Assembly: GCA_905178155.1 (NCBI GenBank)
Contig: CAJINV010000003.1
Span: 8,853,226-8,917,225, forward strand
Origin: Amoebophrya sp. A120
Lineage: Eukaryota; Protista; Dinoflagellata
Direction of reading: 5' to 3'
Length of the DNA stretch: 64,000 nucleotides
The notes under the pieces were generated by a model. That model did no database searches. It was not told the origin of the DNA and saw nothing but the letters and a program-made list of their open reading frames with translations. Below, piece by piece: positions 51,413 to 63,960 of this stretch (position 1 is its first letter; each line of letters begins with the position of its first letter). A program made the position numbers and the translations under genes.

Positions 51413-54086
51413 TGCGGAGACCTCGTTCTCTGCTGTGTTGGCACGGACCCGGTATGCGCTTACCTGGCAAGAAATAAAAACAAACTATGGTAGCGCACAC
51501 GACGAGCACCACATATGATAAAAAATCAAAATAAAACGCTGTATTTGTATATTCAGCGCCCTCTGATGGAATAGCCAAAAGAAGCACTTAAAGCTTCAAA
51601 AATCCGCTGAATTTTGCTGTTACTTTTTAGCTTAAGTAGCTGCTTCGCACCTTTCTGGCCATTGTCTGATTGCTTTGAATCAGCGACTCGATCTGCCGCT
51701 CCTGATCTCGGAAATGGTCCAACATTGTTGCATCACTTTTGGATTTCTCGCCTCGGTAGCCGCCTGCACCACCCCCAAGCGAAAACTGTCGCCGACCGCG
51801 ACCAGCATCGAAGGCTGCAACCATTTCTAGAGGAAAATAGCAGACTAGTACTGATATAATAAACCAAAACGAACCTCGTCGAAGAGAAGAAAACACGAAT
51901 CAAAAAAGAAAACGAATTTTTATTCTCGGACGAAGCTATCAACTACCACAACCACGACTACGTTCGAGATTTCCTAACAATTGAGTGATTTCTGGAAGCT
52001 GCGTTTCGACATTTCCATACGTTCTTTTGCGGAGTGAAATTCAAAAATGCTCTTGCAGCCGATGCTCGTCTTCATGAAATCGAATACTTAAATTCATCCA
52101 CTTCCGATGCTCTCGGATCTTCTTCTTCACTCGAAGCAGATTAACAAGTCGAAGCCAAAGCACATGCACAGTGTGGAAATAGAACAATTGGAACTCCTCG
52201 TCCGTGCGGCCACTCCTTTATTCCTTTTGCGTTTGCCTTTCGCCGACATGAAATGTTTCATAAACAAAAACTCGCCAGCACTCACTGCACTGGTGGAGAT
52301 CGTCATTTACTTTGACGTTACGCTTTGTTCCAAGTCCAAGTTCCGATGATTTTTGAGTATTTCCTCTTGCTCTAGCCCTTCCGTGCTGACAACCGCGAAC
52401 ACCTCTCCTGGCTCGCTCATCAATGAAATCGAACTCTCACTCTGTGGTTTCGATTGCGGTTCTTAGGGTCGTATTCTTTGACTTTTCACCATTCCTACAC
52501 TCATTTGTCACCTCGCAACGAGATAAGTTCGAAGCTTTACGATCTTCGTCCCTCCTCAAAATTTTCGGTAGGGGGCAAGCGAGGTAGGAAGGCCGTGGTG
52601 CATTCTGCTGGCCAACACCTAGTACGACGACACAAATCTCAGCTGCTCTCAACCAACAGACCACATGCAGTTTTGTAAGTACGTGCCGCTTTTACGAACG
52701 TCTGATTCGTTGCCCTTGGCTCAGAAACAAGAAAATGAAAATCGAACGAGACTCCGAAGTAGATGCGTTTAGGAGAGACGCGATTGAATACTAGTGTCCT
52801 TGTGCTAGTCTCTCCCAGTTCTCCCAGTTAAAAGTACTGCCACATTTTTGGTGTGCGTTTCGGTTTCTGGTTGCCCTTTTCTGAGTCCTTTCATACTGCT
52901 CTTGCGTCACTGACAACACAACATAATTGTTCTCCGCGTATTAGTATTTTCAATCCTGAAAATCGCAACCTCAAGCGACGAGTCAGTTTCGATTACGGCT
53001 CCGTGCCTGTAATCATCGCCGGACAGGACTAGAAAACTAACAGCACAAGGCATGGCAATACAATAACAATACGGAAACGAATGATAAATATCAAACATGA
53101 TGATCCTGAACAGGCAGAGATTGAAAGAGAAACTGAAACAGACATAAAACATGAAAATGTGAAAGTAAAATTAGATCATACGGATAGCAAAATAGATGAC
53201 AGCAAGTGCCTGCAGAAAGCTTCTCCTGCTCGTTAGCTTCATGCATGATGGTGATGCGATCGATGGAACACGATTTACTTACTTAGTTGATAAAAATCGA
53301 TTGTACTTTTGCGTTGAAAATTGTGGAAAATCAGACGCGTGGTGACACTAGTGGAACGAGACAGAGTGCTTCTACTCAGCATCATAGAGAAAACGTGCGA
53401 AAAAACCTATCCGAAGCTGTGTCGGGGGACACATCTCCATCTCGTTCCCGGGGGATAAATTATGCTAGTCTTTATTTTGGGTTTTGATAACATGACGTCA
53501 AAAGTTGTCCATGACTCGATGCATAGCATGTTTCTCCTATATGTCGCAATCTATCACGGGGCTGTAACCGGTGTAGAAATGAAAGCACGAGTAGCAACAT
53601 TGCGCTGCAGATGACACCGCTAATGCCTACACATTGAGGACCACACCAACATGGTAAAAAATCATGCGGCTGCGCACATCCTTGCTTTTGGCAATTGCCC
53701 TTCAATTCATAGGAGGACAGCGACCTCTGCGCGACCACGCGACTTGATGGAACTGACAAACCACTTTTATTGATCGACTGAGATGACGCAGGATTCATGC
53801 GGTAGGAGGCTACATGAGAGTCGGCGAGGGGGACAAAAACAGAAAGATAAACAAGTACATAGACCTACTTCTTGAAAAATAGTATTTTTACTTTTATCTA
53901 TTTGCATTCTCTTTTTCCCTGGTCAACAAAATGTATGCGTAAAATCGAGGAGCAGCTGCAAGAACCTCCTGCACGGGTTGATGCAGGCCATCGCCATGGT
54001 ATTCGTATTACTTTGCCATGAATAGCAAAGTTCAAGTTGTAGAACGGGCAAGAAATGTAACGCGCTCGTCTTTGTCATCATGCTCC

Positions 54087-54623
54087 CTATGCGGATTCCG
54101 CTGCCGGTGCCGCGGTTGACTCGCCGTTGGTTTTGTCTTCCGCCCCAGGTTTTTCTTCCAGAACGACATTTTCCGGAGCCGCGGCCGGAGTGGCCTCGGG
54201 CTTCATGTTTTGCTGCACGCTCATCTTGCCGCTGCTCTTGATAGCGGTGGCATGTTGGGTCAGCGCGTCCAGCTTTCGCTGGACGTAATTGGTGCACTGG
54301 AACAAGTCGCACTTGTCCTGTTCCAGCTTTAAGGTCAGCTGAGGCGTCGAGACCGAGTGAAAATCCACCTGCAAGATTTGGTCCGTGTCGCAGCAACCGA
54401 GCTGCCGGTCCACGTAGGTGCCGCAGGCCCACTTCCAGGGGATGGTCTTGTAGTACCACTTGGAACCACTGAAGAGAGATTTTCGCTGTTCGATCGCCAG
54501 CACGCGATGCGGAGTGAACAGACAGAACTGCTTCTCCGTGCCCCAGAAGGACCTCCCGGTGAAACCCATTTCCACGAATTCGTCCGCCTGTGAATAAAAA
54601 AAATAAAATAAAAAAAAAATAAA

Positions 54624-54655
<32 letters not shown>

Positions 54656-57600
54656 AAAAAAAAAAAGAGAAAAAAAAGAAGAAAAAAGAAAAAAAAAGAA
54701 AAACAAAAACAAAGAAAAAATAAAAAAAAAAAAAAAAAAAAAAACAAAAAACTAGAAACAGAAAAAAAGAAAACCAACAGGACAAAAAGAAAAAAAAATA
54801 AAAATAAAGAAAGTAAAAAAATAAAAAGATATAGCAAAAAAAAAAAAAAAAAAAAGCAAAAAAAAAAAAAAGAATAAAAAAAGATAAATATAACAAGAAA
54901 GATAATAAAAGAAAAAGAAAAAAAAACACGGCGGAAAAACCGCAAGTGCCTTCATTTTTTGCAATTCGAAGTTGGGAAGTTTTTTCATGCGTCACCGCTA
55001 GAACATGAACAGGGCGAGTCAAACTGCGCCTGTGAGCTAAGAACTTGCTTCAGTCGGTCTGTTGCTGCTGGTGTAGCAACAGGCCGACTGAGGAAAATCT
55101 TAGCTCGCAGGCGGAGTTTCGCTCGCCCACTCTCAGCGTTCGCTAGATCAACTGCAAGGATAGCGACACTTTACGCTGCTGACATATGATTATGAAAAAC
55201 CTTCCCAGTTTCGAATTGCAAAAAATGAAGCCAGTTACGGCTTTTCGGCCGTGTTTTGCAGTCAATTACAATTTCATTTCAAAATAAGCGCGAAGATAAA
55301 ATTCTCAATCAGCATGCTCTAATGAGGATTTGCGAGCACTTCGGGTTAGATATCACCACCTTGCGATTTGTCTACAGTTCTAACCGCGAGTTAACCGTCC
55401 GGCCGGCCGGCCGGACGGCTAACTCGCGGGTGCGAGTTAACGGGTCATTTGTTACCCCGCTCCTACAACTTTATAAATATATTACGGTCTATTAGTTTAC
55501 GCGGGACCCCATTCGTCAACAAGATCCACATCGTCGGAAACTGCATAGAAAAAAGGGCAATCGTTGTTTTCTTACTGAAACTGAACTGTGTACCAGGAAA
55601 CTGAGTCAATGCTCATCGTGATTTTTGAAACTGCTTGCTTAGAGACGTACATAGACGAAATCAACAAACAAGTACCATCATGATATTCGGAGAGCTCTTG
55701 AATGTCTCGGTCATTGTCTTGCATGCGTCGGCGTCCAGCTGGCCCATGTCCCGGCCGTTCAACCGTATCAACAAGGCGAGCCGTGTCCGCTCCCCAGAGA
55801 GACAACAGATGAGAGACGGAGGGGAAGGCAAAAACTTCTCGTTTTTCGTCGTCTTTGCCATGCCAATGTGCGACTCATACATACGAATCAATATCAAGTG
55901 TGTTTATTGTCCCTCACAGTTGCTGCTCCCTCAACGCGAATATGGTGCTGTAAAGTAACTGCTCAGGTTCAGCTTGTGCACCCAAATGTCCTGCTGAATG
56001 TTCTTGTACCAACTTTGGCAACGCCACGTCGTTGCAATACATTGTACTTCTAGTTTCCTGATCATGGAACAAAGCTATTCCAATTCATTCTATCTTGTGG
56101 CAATGACGTAATATTCTATATGCCTGGCTGGGTAGCGGGGGCTTGTCGATATTTCATAAACCAGGCGATCATGGCATTGGCGTCACCCTTTGATGGTGGA
56201 GTTTGGGGGATCTCGGGACCCATGATAGCGCCGTTGTTGGCAATGATGCGGTCCCCCAGCAACTGCGCAACCCGCGTCATGTCGCAGGAGCCCGAGGAGA
56301 GGTCCTGTGAGATGGTACAATCCACCGACTGACCCGCCGCAAGGGTGATGCTTTTTTGGTATCCAACAAAAAAGAGTCTTGCCATCGCAGCCTGTAGTGC
56401 ATCTTTATTTTTCTCTTGCTCTGCGTTCGGACTTCCCTCAGTGTTGAGTGTTGTGGTGATTGATCATCTTGATAATCCGTACTACGCTTTACACATGTTA
56501 TCTGAAGATTCGATGCTGAAGATGCAGCCACAGCCACACCGCCACCTTGTGTCAATATAGTAAAGAAATTTATGGTCGGGGAGAAGAGCAGCATGCAGAG
56601 CGTCTGACGTAGTTACACAGAGACAAACAAGGGCTTTCAGAAATTTCAGCATCATCAACATCATCAATGCATTGGCGCGATAGCGGTACTACTGCTGCTT
56701 CTTTATTTGGATAGTTTGTCAGGTTTGCTCAGCGGCCAGTTTCCGTTGAGCTCCAGCATCAGTTCGCCATCGGAGTCGAAGCGTCCCGCCGTCGCGCACT
56801 CGAAGGATCGAATCGACGAGTAGGGAATGGACAAATACTGAGTGCGGTTTCCGGTCCAGCCCTTGGTATCCAGCCGGNTGATGGCCGAGGACTTTCGCAT
56901 GCCCGGGCGAAAAGCGGTGGCAGCGGAACTACTGGCCAACACTTTTGCCCGACAGGAAAGGAAGCGCTGGGCAAAAGTAATGGCCAAGGAAAGAGCCCTT
57001 GGCCACCACTTTTGCCCATCCGGAAAGTGATGGGCAAAAGTTAAAGCGATGGCCAAGGAGTTGTCGCCATTGTTTTTCTTTGCCCGGCCGAAAAGTGATG
57101 GCCAGGGAGCTTCTGGCCATCACTTTTGCCCGACCGGAAAGCGATGGCAAAAAGTGGTGGCCGCGGAGTTCTTGGCCACCACCCTTGCCCGACCGGAAAG
57201 CGATAGCCACAATCGCTTTCGCTCGAGCGAAACAAAAGCGATGGCCGCGAGGCTCTTGGCCAGCCATCACCTTTGCCCGGCCGAGAGGCGATCGATGGCC
57301 ACTTTGACGGCCAGGGAGCTCTTGGCCATCATGTGTGCCCGGCCGAAAGGCGACGCCCGAGGAGTTCTTCGCCATCACTTTTGCCAGGCCGGAAAGCGAT
57401 GGGTGGCCAGGGAGCTCTTGGCCATCCCTTTTGCCCGACAGGAAAGCGATTGCCAGCCAAAAGTGATCGGTGGCCAGGGAGGTCTTGGCCATTACTTTGG
57501 CCCGAGCGAAAAGTGGCCACTTTTGCCCGAGCGGAAAGCGATGCATGCCCCAGCAGCTCCTGGCCATCATTTTCGCCCGACTCCTGGCCACCACTTTTGC

Positions 57601-60600
57601 CCGGCCGGAAAGTGATGGCCAAAAGTTTCACTTTTGCCCGACCGGAGGTGGTGGCCAAGGAGCCCGTCGCCGCCCGTCACTTTTGCCAGCCCAGCCCGGC
57701 CGGGCAAGGTACGGAGCTTTTGGCCATCACTTTTGGCCGCCCGGAAACTGGTGGCAAAAAATGATCGCCGCGGAGTTCTTGGCCACCATTTTTGCCCGCC
57801 CCGGCCGGAAAGCGATGGCCAAAAGTTATTGCCAAGGAGCCCCGGGCCATCACTTTTGTCCGTCCCGAAAGTGCTCTTGGCCTCCACTTTGTTTTGCTCG
57901 GCGGGCCCACCGGAAAGTGGGGGCCAAGCTCTTGGCCACCACTTTTGCCCGGGCGGCCGGAAAGTGATGGCCAAAAGTTAGTTTCAACTTTGCTCGACCG
58001 GAGGTGATGGCCAAGGAGCCCTTCGCCGTCACTTTTGCCCCGCCCGGCTGGGCTAGGAGCTTCTGACCATCGCTTTTGCCCGCCCGGAAAGTGGTGGCCA
58101 AACGTGATCGCTGCGAAGTTCTTGGCCACAACTTTTGCTCGGCCGGAAAATGATGGCCGGGGAGCTCTTGTCCATCACTTTTGCCCGGGCGAAAAGCGAT
58201 GGCCAAAAGTGATGGCCAAGCAGCTCTCGGCCACCACTTTTGCCCGATCGGAAAGTGATGGCCAAGGAGCTTTCGCCCCTCACTTTTGCCCGACCGGAAG
58301 CAAAGCGATGGCCGCCAAAAGTAGTGGCCGAGGAGCTGCTGTTGGGTGGCCATCACCTTGCTCGCCCGGGCGGAAGGTCATGGATGGCCAAGGAACTCCT
58401 GGCCGCCATTTTTGCCGGGGGGGACAGGAAGTAACGTTTGCTCGACCGGAAAGCGATGGCCAGGGGGCTCCTGGCCCTCACTCTTGCCCGGCCGGAAGGT
58501 GATGGCCAAGCAACCAAGGAGCTCGCAGCCCTCACTTTTGCCCGAAAGAAAAGTGGCGGCCAAGGGGCTCCTGGCCGCGCCGTCACTTTTGGTTGCCCGA
58601 AGGGAAATTGATGGCCAAGGGACTCCCTGCCGTTACTTTTGCCCGACCGGAGAGTGATGTCCAAAAGCGGCGCCCATCCAAGGAGCTCTTCTTGGCCACC
58701 AATTTTGCCTGAGCGAGCGAAAATTGATGGCCATGGAACTCTTGGCCAGCCATCACATTTGCCCGATCGGGAAGTGATGGCCCAGGGGAGGCTTTTGGCC
58801 ATCGCTTTGGCCCGGCGGGCCGGAAAATGGTGGCCCAGGAGGAGCGCCTGCCTATTACTTTTGCTGGACCCGACCGGCAAAGTGATGGCCAAAAATGATG
58901 GTCAAGGGGCTCGCGGCCGTCACTTTTGCGCCGCCCGTCCGCGAAGTGATGGCCAAGGACCCCTGGGCCATCGCTTTGCCCGGCGACCGGAAACGATGGC
59001 CCACCCAGGAGGCGCTCTTGGCCACCACTTTGGCCCGGCCGGAACGAAAGTGACGGCCAAGGAGCCCGTGCCCCATGCCCGAGTAAAAAGTGATGGCCGA
59101 GGAGCTTCTGGCCACCACTTTTGCCCGAGCGAAAAGCAAGGGCAAAAAGTGATGGCCAAGGAGCTCCCGGCCATCACTTTTGCCCGAGCGAAGGCAAAGG
59201 GATGGCCAGGAAGCTTTTTGCCATCACTTTTGCCATGCCGGAAAGTGATGGCCGAGGAGTTGGTCCCTGTTTTCGGGCGTGAAAACAGGGGCAGTCGAGC
59301 TTGTCGACGCTTTCTGTATCAGAATCGCACTGAAGTTGATGCGCGGCTTTGTTCTGCTGCTCGCCAGGGCGTGCAGCGTAACATTCTGCGCGACGGTATG
59401 GCGTAGAGATACAGGGGAAGCGTTGAATCTGTTACACGAAGCTTCTAGACGAGACCTTCTAAGCACATTCGTTTAGAATTATTTTAGTAGAGGCCTCCTA
59501 TAGATTATATTTATACGGAGGCCCGGACCAGATTTTGTATTATTATAATTATACGGTCTATTAGTTTACGGGGGACCCCATTCGTCAACAAGATCCACAT
59601 CCTCGAAAAATGGATAGAAAAAAGGGCAATCGTTGTTTTCTTAGTGAACTGTGTACCAGGAAACTGAGTCAATGCTCATCGTGATTTTTGAAACTGCTTG
59701 TGCTTGCTTAGAGATCATGTCCTGTACGCCACGCTAGCGGAAGGCACTGGCAAGCGCAAGACCTTTTCCTTTAAAAGTACATAGACGAAATCAACAAAAA
59801 AGTACCATCATGATATTCGGAGAACTCTTGAATGTCTCGGTCATTGTCTTGCATGCGTCGGCGTCCAGCTGGCCCATGTCCCGGCCGTTCAACCGTATCA
59901 AGGCGGGCCGTGTCCGCTCCCCAGAGAGACAACAGATGAGAGACGGAGGAGCAGGCAAAAACTTCTCGTTTTTCGTCGTCTTTGCCATGCCAATGAATGT
60001 GAGACTCATACATACGAATCAAAATCAAGCGCAGTTATTGTCCCTCTCAGTTGCTGCTTCCTCACCGCGAATATGGTGCTGTAAAGTAACTGCTCAGGTT
60101 CAGCTTGTGCACCCAAATGTCCTGGTGAATGTTCTTGTACCAACTTTGGCAATGGCAACGCCACGTCGTTGCAATACATTGTACTTCTAGTTTCCTGATC
60201 ATGGAACAAAGTTATTCCAATTCATTCTATCTTGTGGCAATGGCGTAATATTCTTATGTCTAGCTGGGTAGCGGGGGCTTCATGATATTTCATAAACCAG
60301 GCGATCATGGCGTTGGCATCACCCTTTGATGGCGGAGTTTGGGGGATCTCGGGACCCATGATAGCGCCGTTGTTGGCAATGATGCGGTCCCCCAGCAACT
60401 GCGCAACCCGCGTCATGTCGCAGGAGCCCGAGGAGAGGTCCTGTGAGATGGTACAATCCACCGACTGACCCGCCGCAAGGGTGATGCTTTTTTGGTATCC
60501 AACAAAAAAGAGTCTTGCCATCGCAGCCTGTAGTGCATCTTTATTTTTCTCTTGCTCTGCGTTCGGACTTCCCTCAGTGTTGAGTGTTGTGGTGATTGAT

Positions 60601-62921
60601 CATCTTGATAATCCGTACTACGCTTTACACATGTTATCTGAAGATTCGATGCTGAAGATGCAGCCACAGCCACACCGCCACCTTGTGTCAATATAGTAAA
60701 GAAATTTATGGTCGGGGAGAAGAGCAGCATGCAGAGCGTCTGACGTAGTTACACAGAGACAAACAAGGGCTTTCAGAAATTTCAGCATCATCAACATCAT
60801 CAATGCATTGGCGCGATAGCGGTACTACTGCTGCTTCTTTATTTGGATAGTTTGTCAGGTTTGCTCAGCGGCCAGTTTCCGTTGAGCTCCAGCATCAGTT
60901 CGCCATCGGAGTCGAAGCGTCCCGCCGTCGCGCACTCGAAGGATCGAATCGACGAGTAGGGAATGGACAAATACTGAGTGCGGTTTCCGGTCCAGCCCTT
61001 GGTATCCAGCCGGAAGACGCGTTTGGTGGTGAGCAGTAACATGTCACGCCCACTCGCGAACGCGAGCATGGTTTTTTCGTATCGACAGAAAAAAGAACCC
61101 ATGCCATCCCCACTCATTTTTTGCATGACAAACAAAGGATTTTATACGTGTTTTGCATGACGAATTGGATGGGGATGGGTTTTTTTCTATGGATATTTCG
61201 TCGTCTTGCAGCATGCCATTGTCGTGCATCTGCTTGTCGACCGTCTCCGGATTCACCGCCACGGCGTTGTCCGTGCACCACTTAGTAAAGCTCGACATCA
61301 GATCCGATTTCTCGTCCGCCGCCGGCTTCACCATCTTCGTGGTCGCGGCCACCGGGGGACCCTCCGTGATCTTGCCGCGCCCCCCCGTAGCCATCAACAC
61401 TTTTTCGCTGAGGTACCGGTGGATGGAATTGAGGTCGACCTTGTCCTTTTTCAGGTCGACCTGGACGTAGGCGTAGCCTTTCTCGGCCGTGATAATCAGA
61501 TGGTCTCCGTACTTCTGCGTTTTCTTGTCTTCGTATGAAAGTGCACAACTCCCCCCGCTTATTTGGAGTGCAAGAGATGAAACCACCTCAAAATAACATT
61601 TGAATTATGCTGTCTTCGCATTACAAATCCACGCACGGAGAATAGTGCAGTTTATTGGGCCTCCACAATTACTTGTCACACAAGTACATACCAAAAGACT
61701 CGTCAGACAGGAGCGGGACCGGATGTGGCAACATTTTTGCATGGCAAAGAAATGAGGAGGGGAAATTGTGAAGTCTCATACATCGACGATGTAGCTGGCG
61801 TCCGTCCAAATCTGGAGTTCGCAGTCGCAGTCCAGCCATCCACCGGCGGTCTGCACCGCGAAGTGCGAAATGCTCGCGTACGGAATCGTCGTGAAGTTCT
61901 GCTTTTTGCCCATGCCCATGAAGGCTGAAGTTGTATTTGAATTGTGTTGCATATTTTTCGGACACAGAAGTTGACATCACTCATGGAGGCACAGGTATAT
62001 AGATCAACCTAGACAACCAATGCACGACCGCAACATGTTGCGGTCGTGAAACGCTTGCTTCGGTATCGGTTGATGTTGATCTAGATAGCGACAAATTAGC
62101 AAATCAATATGTGAATAGAAATATCTTCAATCATGTATAAAAATCAATTCGACCCAATACTCGATTTGTTGTCGCAGAAGATCATGCGTTTCGAGGTAAA
62201 GAGCGTGTAGTCCTTGCGGCCCTTGAAGGCCATTTCCACCACTTCGGACTTCTGCAGGACTTTGGCGCCTTATCCTTAGTAAGACACCCGGCGCCCCAGA
62301 TTTGCCAGTTAGATCAAGGCCTGTATGCGTACACTGTCTCAGTTTCTCAGGCGCACCCCTCTGACCTCCATGAGAGACTTTTCTAGTGGTGTTTGGAAAT
62401 GATCAATAAGCCACGCTTGAATCAGGAAGTCGATGAGGTTCGATGAGGGGTGCTGCTGCACTACATAAACGCGACTGAATTGCGCCTCCTGCAAGACCAA
62501 AATTGCCGTGGCCATGCGGAACAAGCAAAGTATTTGTCTATACAGAATTGACATCTTGACTCTGGGGTCGTGGGGACGTTCTTACGCATGATACGCCTCC
62601 GTCCTCTTTCATGTTCCCGTATCGGAAGAGCCGATCGGCCTCCGTGGCGTCAATCTGGCCCGCGGAACCCTCGCCCATGAGCCAGTGTGGGAGCGTTCGC
62701 TTCTGCTCCCCGCCCATTGAGGCTGTGTTGGCGTCCGCGGAAATTGGGGGCGGGTCGCCTGTGGTCAGCCCACAGGTAACATCGACCAGAAACTTCTGGA
62801 GCGCGGGAAGGTCGCAGTTCTTGGAAAGTGCCTGGTGATAGGTCGAGAACGCCGGAATGTCCAGATACAGGTCCAGCTCCGCATCGTCCAGAAATCCACC
62901 GGCACTCTTATCAATCTGCAA
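54087..62921 (-). CDS. Protein with tandem bacterial-type PH (bPH_1, PF08000-like) domains, multi-exon; 5' end not resolved
   Basis: Repeats such as EKTMLAFASGRDMLLLTTKRVFRLDTKGWTGNRTQYLSIPYSSIRSFECATAGRFDSDGEL, EVVEMAFKGRKDYTLFTSKR..IPYASISHFAVQTAGGWLDCDCEL, SAGGFLDDAEL, and a divergent last copy DEFVEMGF..FTPHRVL..TIPW. Confidence 0.85.
54595..54927 (+). repeat. A-rich low-complexity tract (~330 bp) inside an intron
   Basis: Almost pure A with scattered other bases, directly upstream of the cacag acceptor on the minus strand. Confidence 0.9.
54923..55257. mobile_element. MITE-like element (~335 bp) with ~65-bp TIR
   Basis: aaaacacggcggaaaaaccg..cttcattttttgcaattcgaa..tgggaag.tttttcat versus atgaaaaac.cttccca..ttcgaattgcaaaaaatgaag..cggcttttcggccgtgtttt. 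Confidence 0.8.
55483..61013. repeat. ~1.4 kb direct duplication (55483-56877 vs 59552-61013) of bPH-gene exons and introns
   Basis: Near-identical sequence and duplicated ORFs; the first copy ends at the N at 56878. Confidence 0.9.
56879..59258. repeat. Degenerate satellite of palindromic ~45-50 bp units
   Basis: Recurrent AAAGTGATGGCCAAGGAGCTCTTGGCCATCACTTTT-GCCCGACCGG units over ~2.4 kb. Confidence 0.9.
61075..61201 (-). mobile_element. Introner-like element, family B (121 bp)
   Basis: TTTCGT direct repeat; IR gaaaaaa..ccatcccca / tggggatgg..ttttttc; two ttttgcatgac motifs; excision gives LQDDE-KTMLAF, the canonical bPH start. Confidence 0.85.
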
Positions 62922-63185
62922 AGTGCTCCGCCCTCAACAGAAAACGACAGTTCTATGGAAGTGCTGCAAAGTTCCGACTACGCGCCAATCATGAAATTGA
63001 AAACGCTTTCGGGCATAGACGTTGGAGGACGATACTGGCTCGGCAACAACGGCGGAGAACGCAGCCCGTACTAAATGCTCGAGCAGCACGCAAGTCCCAA
63101 CGGAGCAGACTTCTGCCGCTGAAAAGAAATCTATATCAATAGCAAGTGCGAAAACATATAAAAGACAAGTATCCGCTATTGCATT

Positions 63186-63960
63186 GACTAATTACAATGA
63201 CTAATTGCAATGACTAATTACAATGACTAATTACAATGACTAATTACAATGACTAATCTTTCTTTCTTTCTTTCTTCTTCCTGTCTGGGCTTGACTCAAG
63301 TGTCTCTTTGGCCCGTTCACAGCTTGTTTCGTTCGTTCAGTAGTGCCCTCTTCTCGCGCAAGTGCTTTCACGAACTTCAGCCAGTGCTTTCTCGAACTAG
63401 AACTACAAACAACAGCGTAGAACTCTCAGAAGACCTTGTAAAGCTTGTTTCTGTGATAAGGATAAACTAAAACTCGAAAAACTGCGATAAAACCTGTTAA
63501 AACTGTAAGACTGGCAGAAAACTCAAAACAACGAAGGTAAGTCGTACTAAAGCGAAGGGGTTCGGATGGTACAGTGGTTTTGAAAGGGGATACAAGCGAG
63601 GGTATAACTTCAACAAAAAATTAAAGGCAATAGTAAATCTTAGTCTGAAAGATTTCTACTTTTTCCTCAATGACTAATCACAATGACCAATTTCTTTCTT
63701 TCTTTCTTCTTCCTGTCTGGGCTTGACTCAAGTGTCTCTTTGGCCCGTTCACAGCTTGTTTCGTTCGTTCAGTAGTGCCCTCTTCTCGCGCAAGTGCTTT
63801 CACGAACTTCAGCCAGTGCTTTCTCGAACTAGAACTACAAACAACAGCGTAGAACTACAAACAACAGCAATGACCAATTACAGTGACTAATTACAATGAC
63901 TAATTACAGTGACTAATTACAATGACTAATTACAATGACTAATTGCAATGCCTAATTGCT
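63186..63960. repeat. 12-bp minisatellite (AATGACTAATTA/C) arrays flanking a ~180-bp direct repeat
   Basis: gactaattacaat tandem at 63186-63257 and ~63868-63960; 63248-63424 repeated at ~63682-63856. Confidence 0.9.

Noticed and set aside
53923-55022. Poly-Phe ORFs of 311-340 aa
   Set aside because: Translation of an intronic A/T tract; the real exon starts at the cacag acceptor near 54589.
56929-59406. Many overlapping ORFs in the satellite
   Set aside because: Artefacts of GC-rich, stop-poor palindromic repeats, with similar peptides on both strands.
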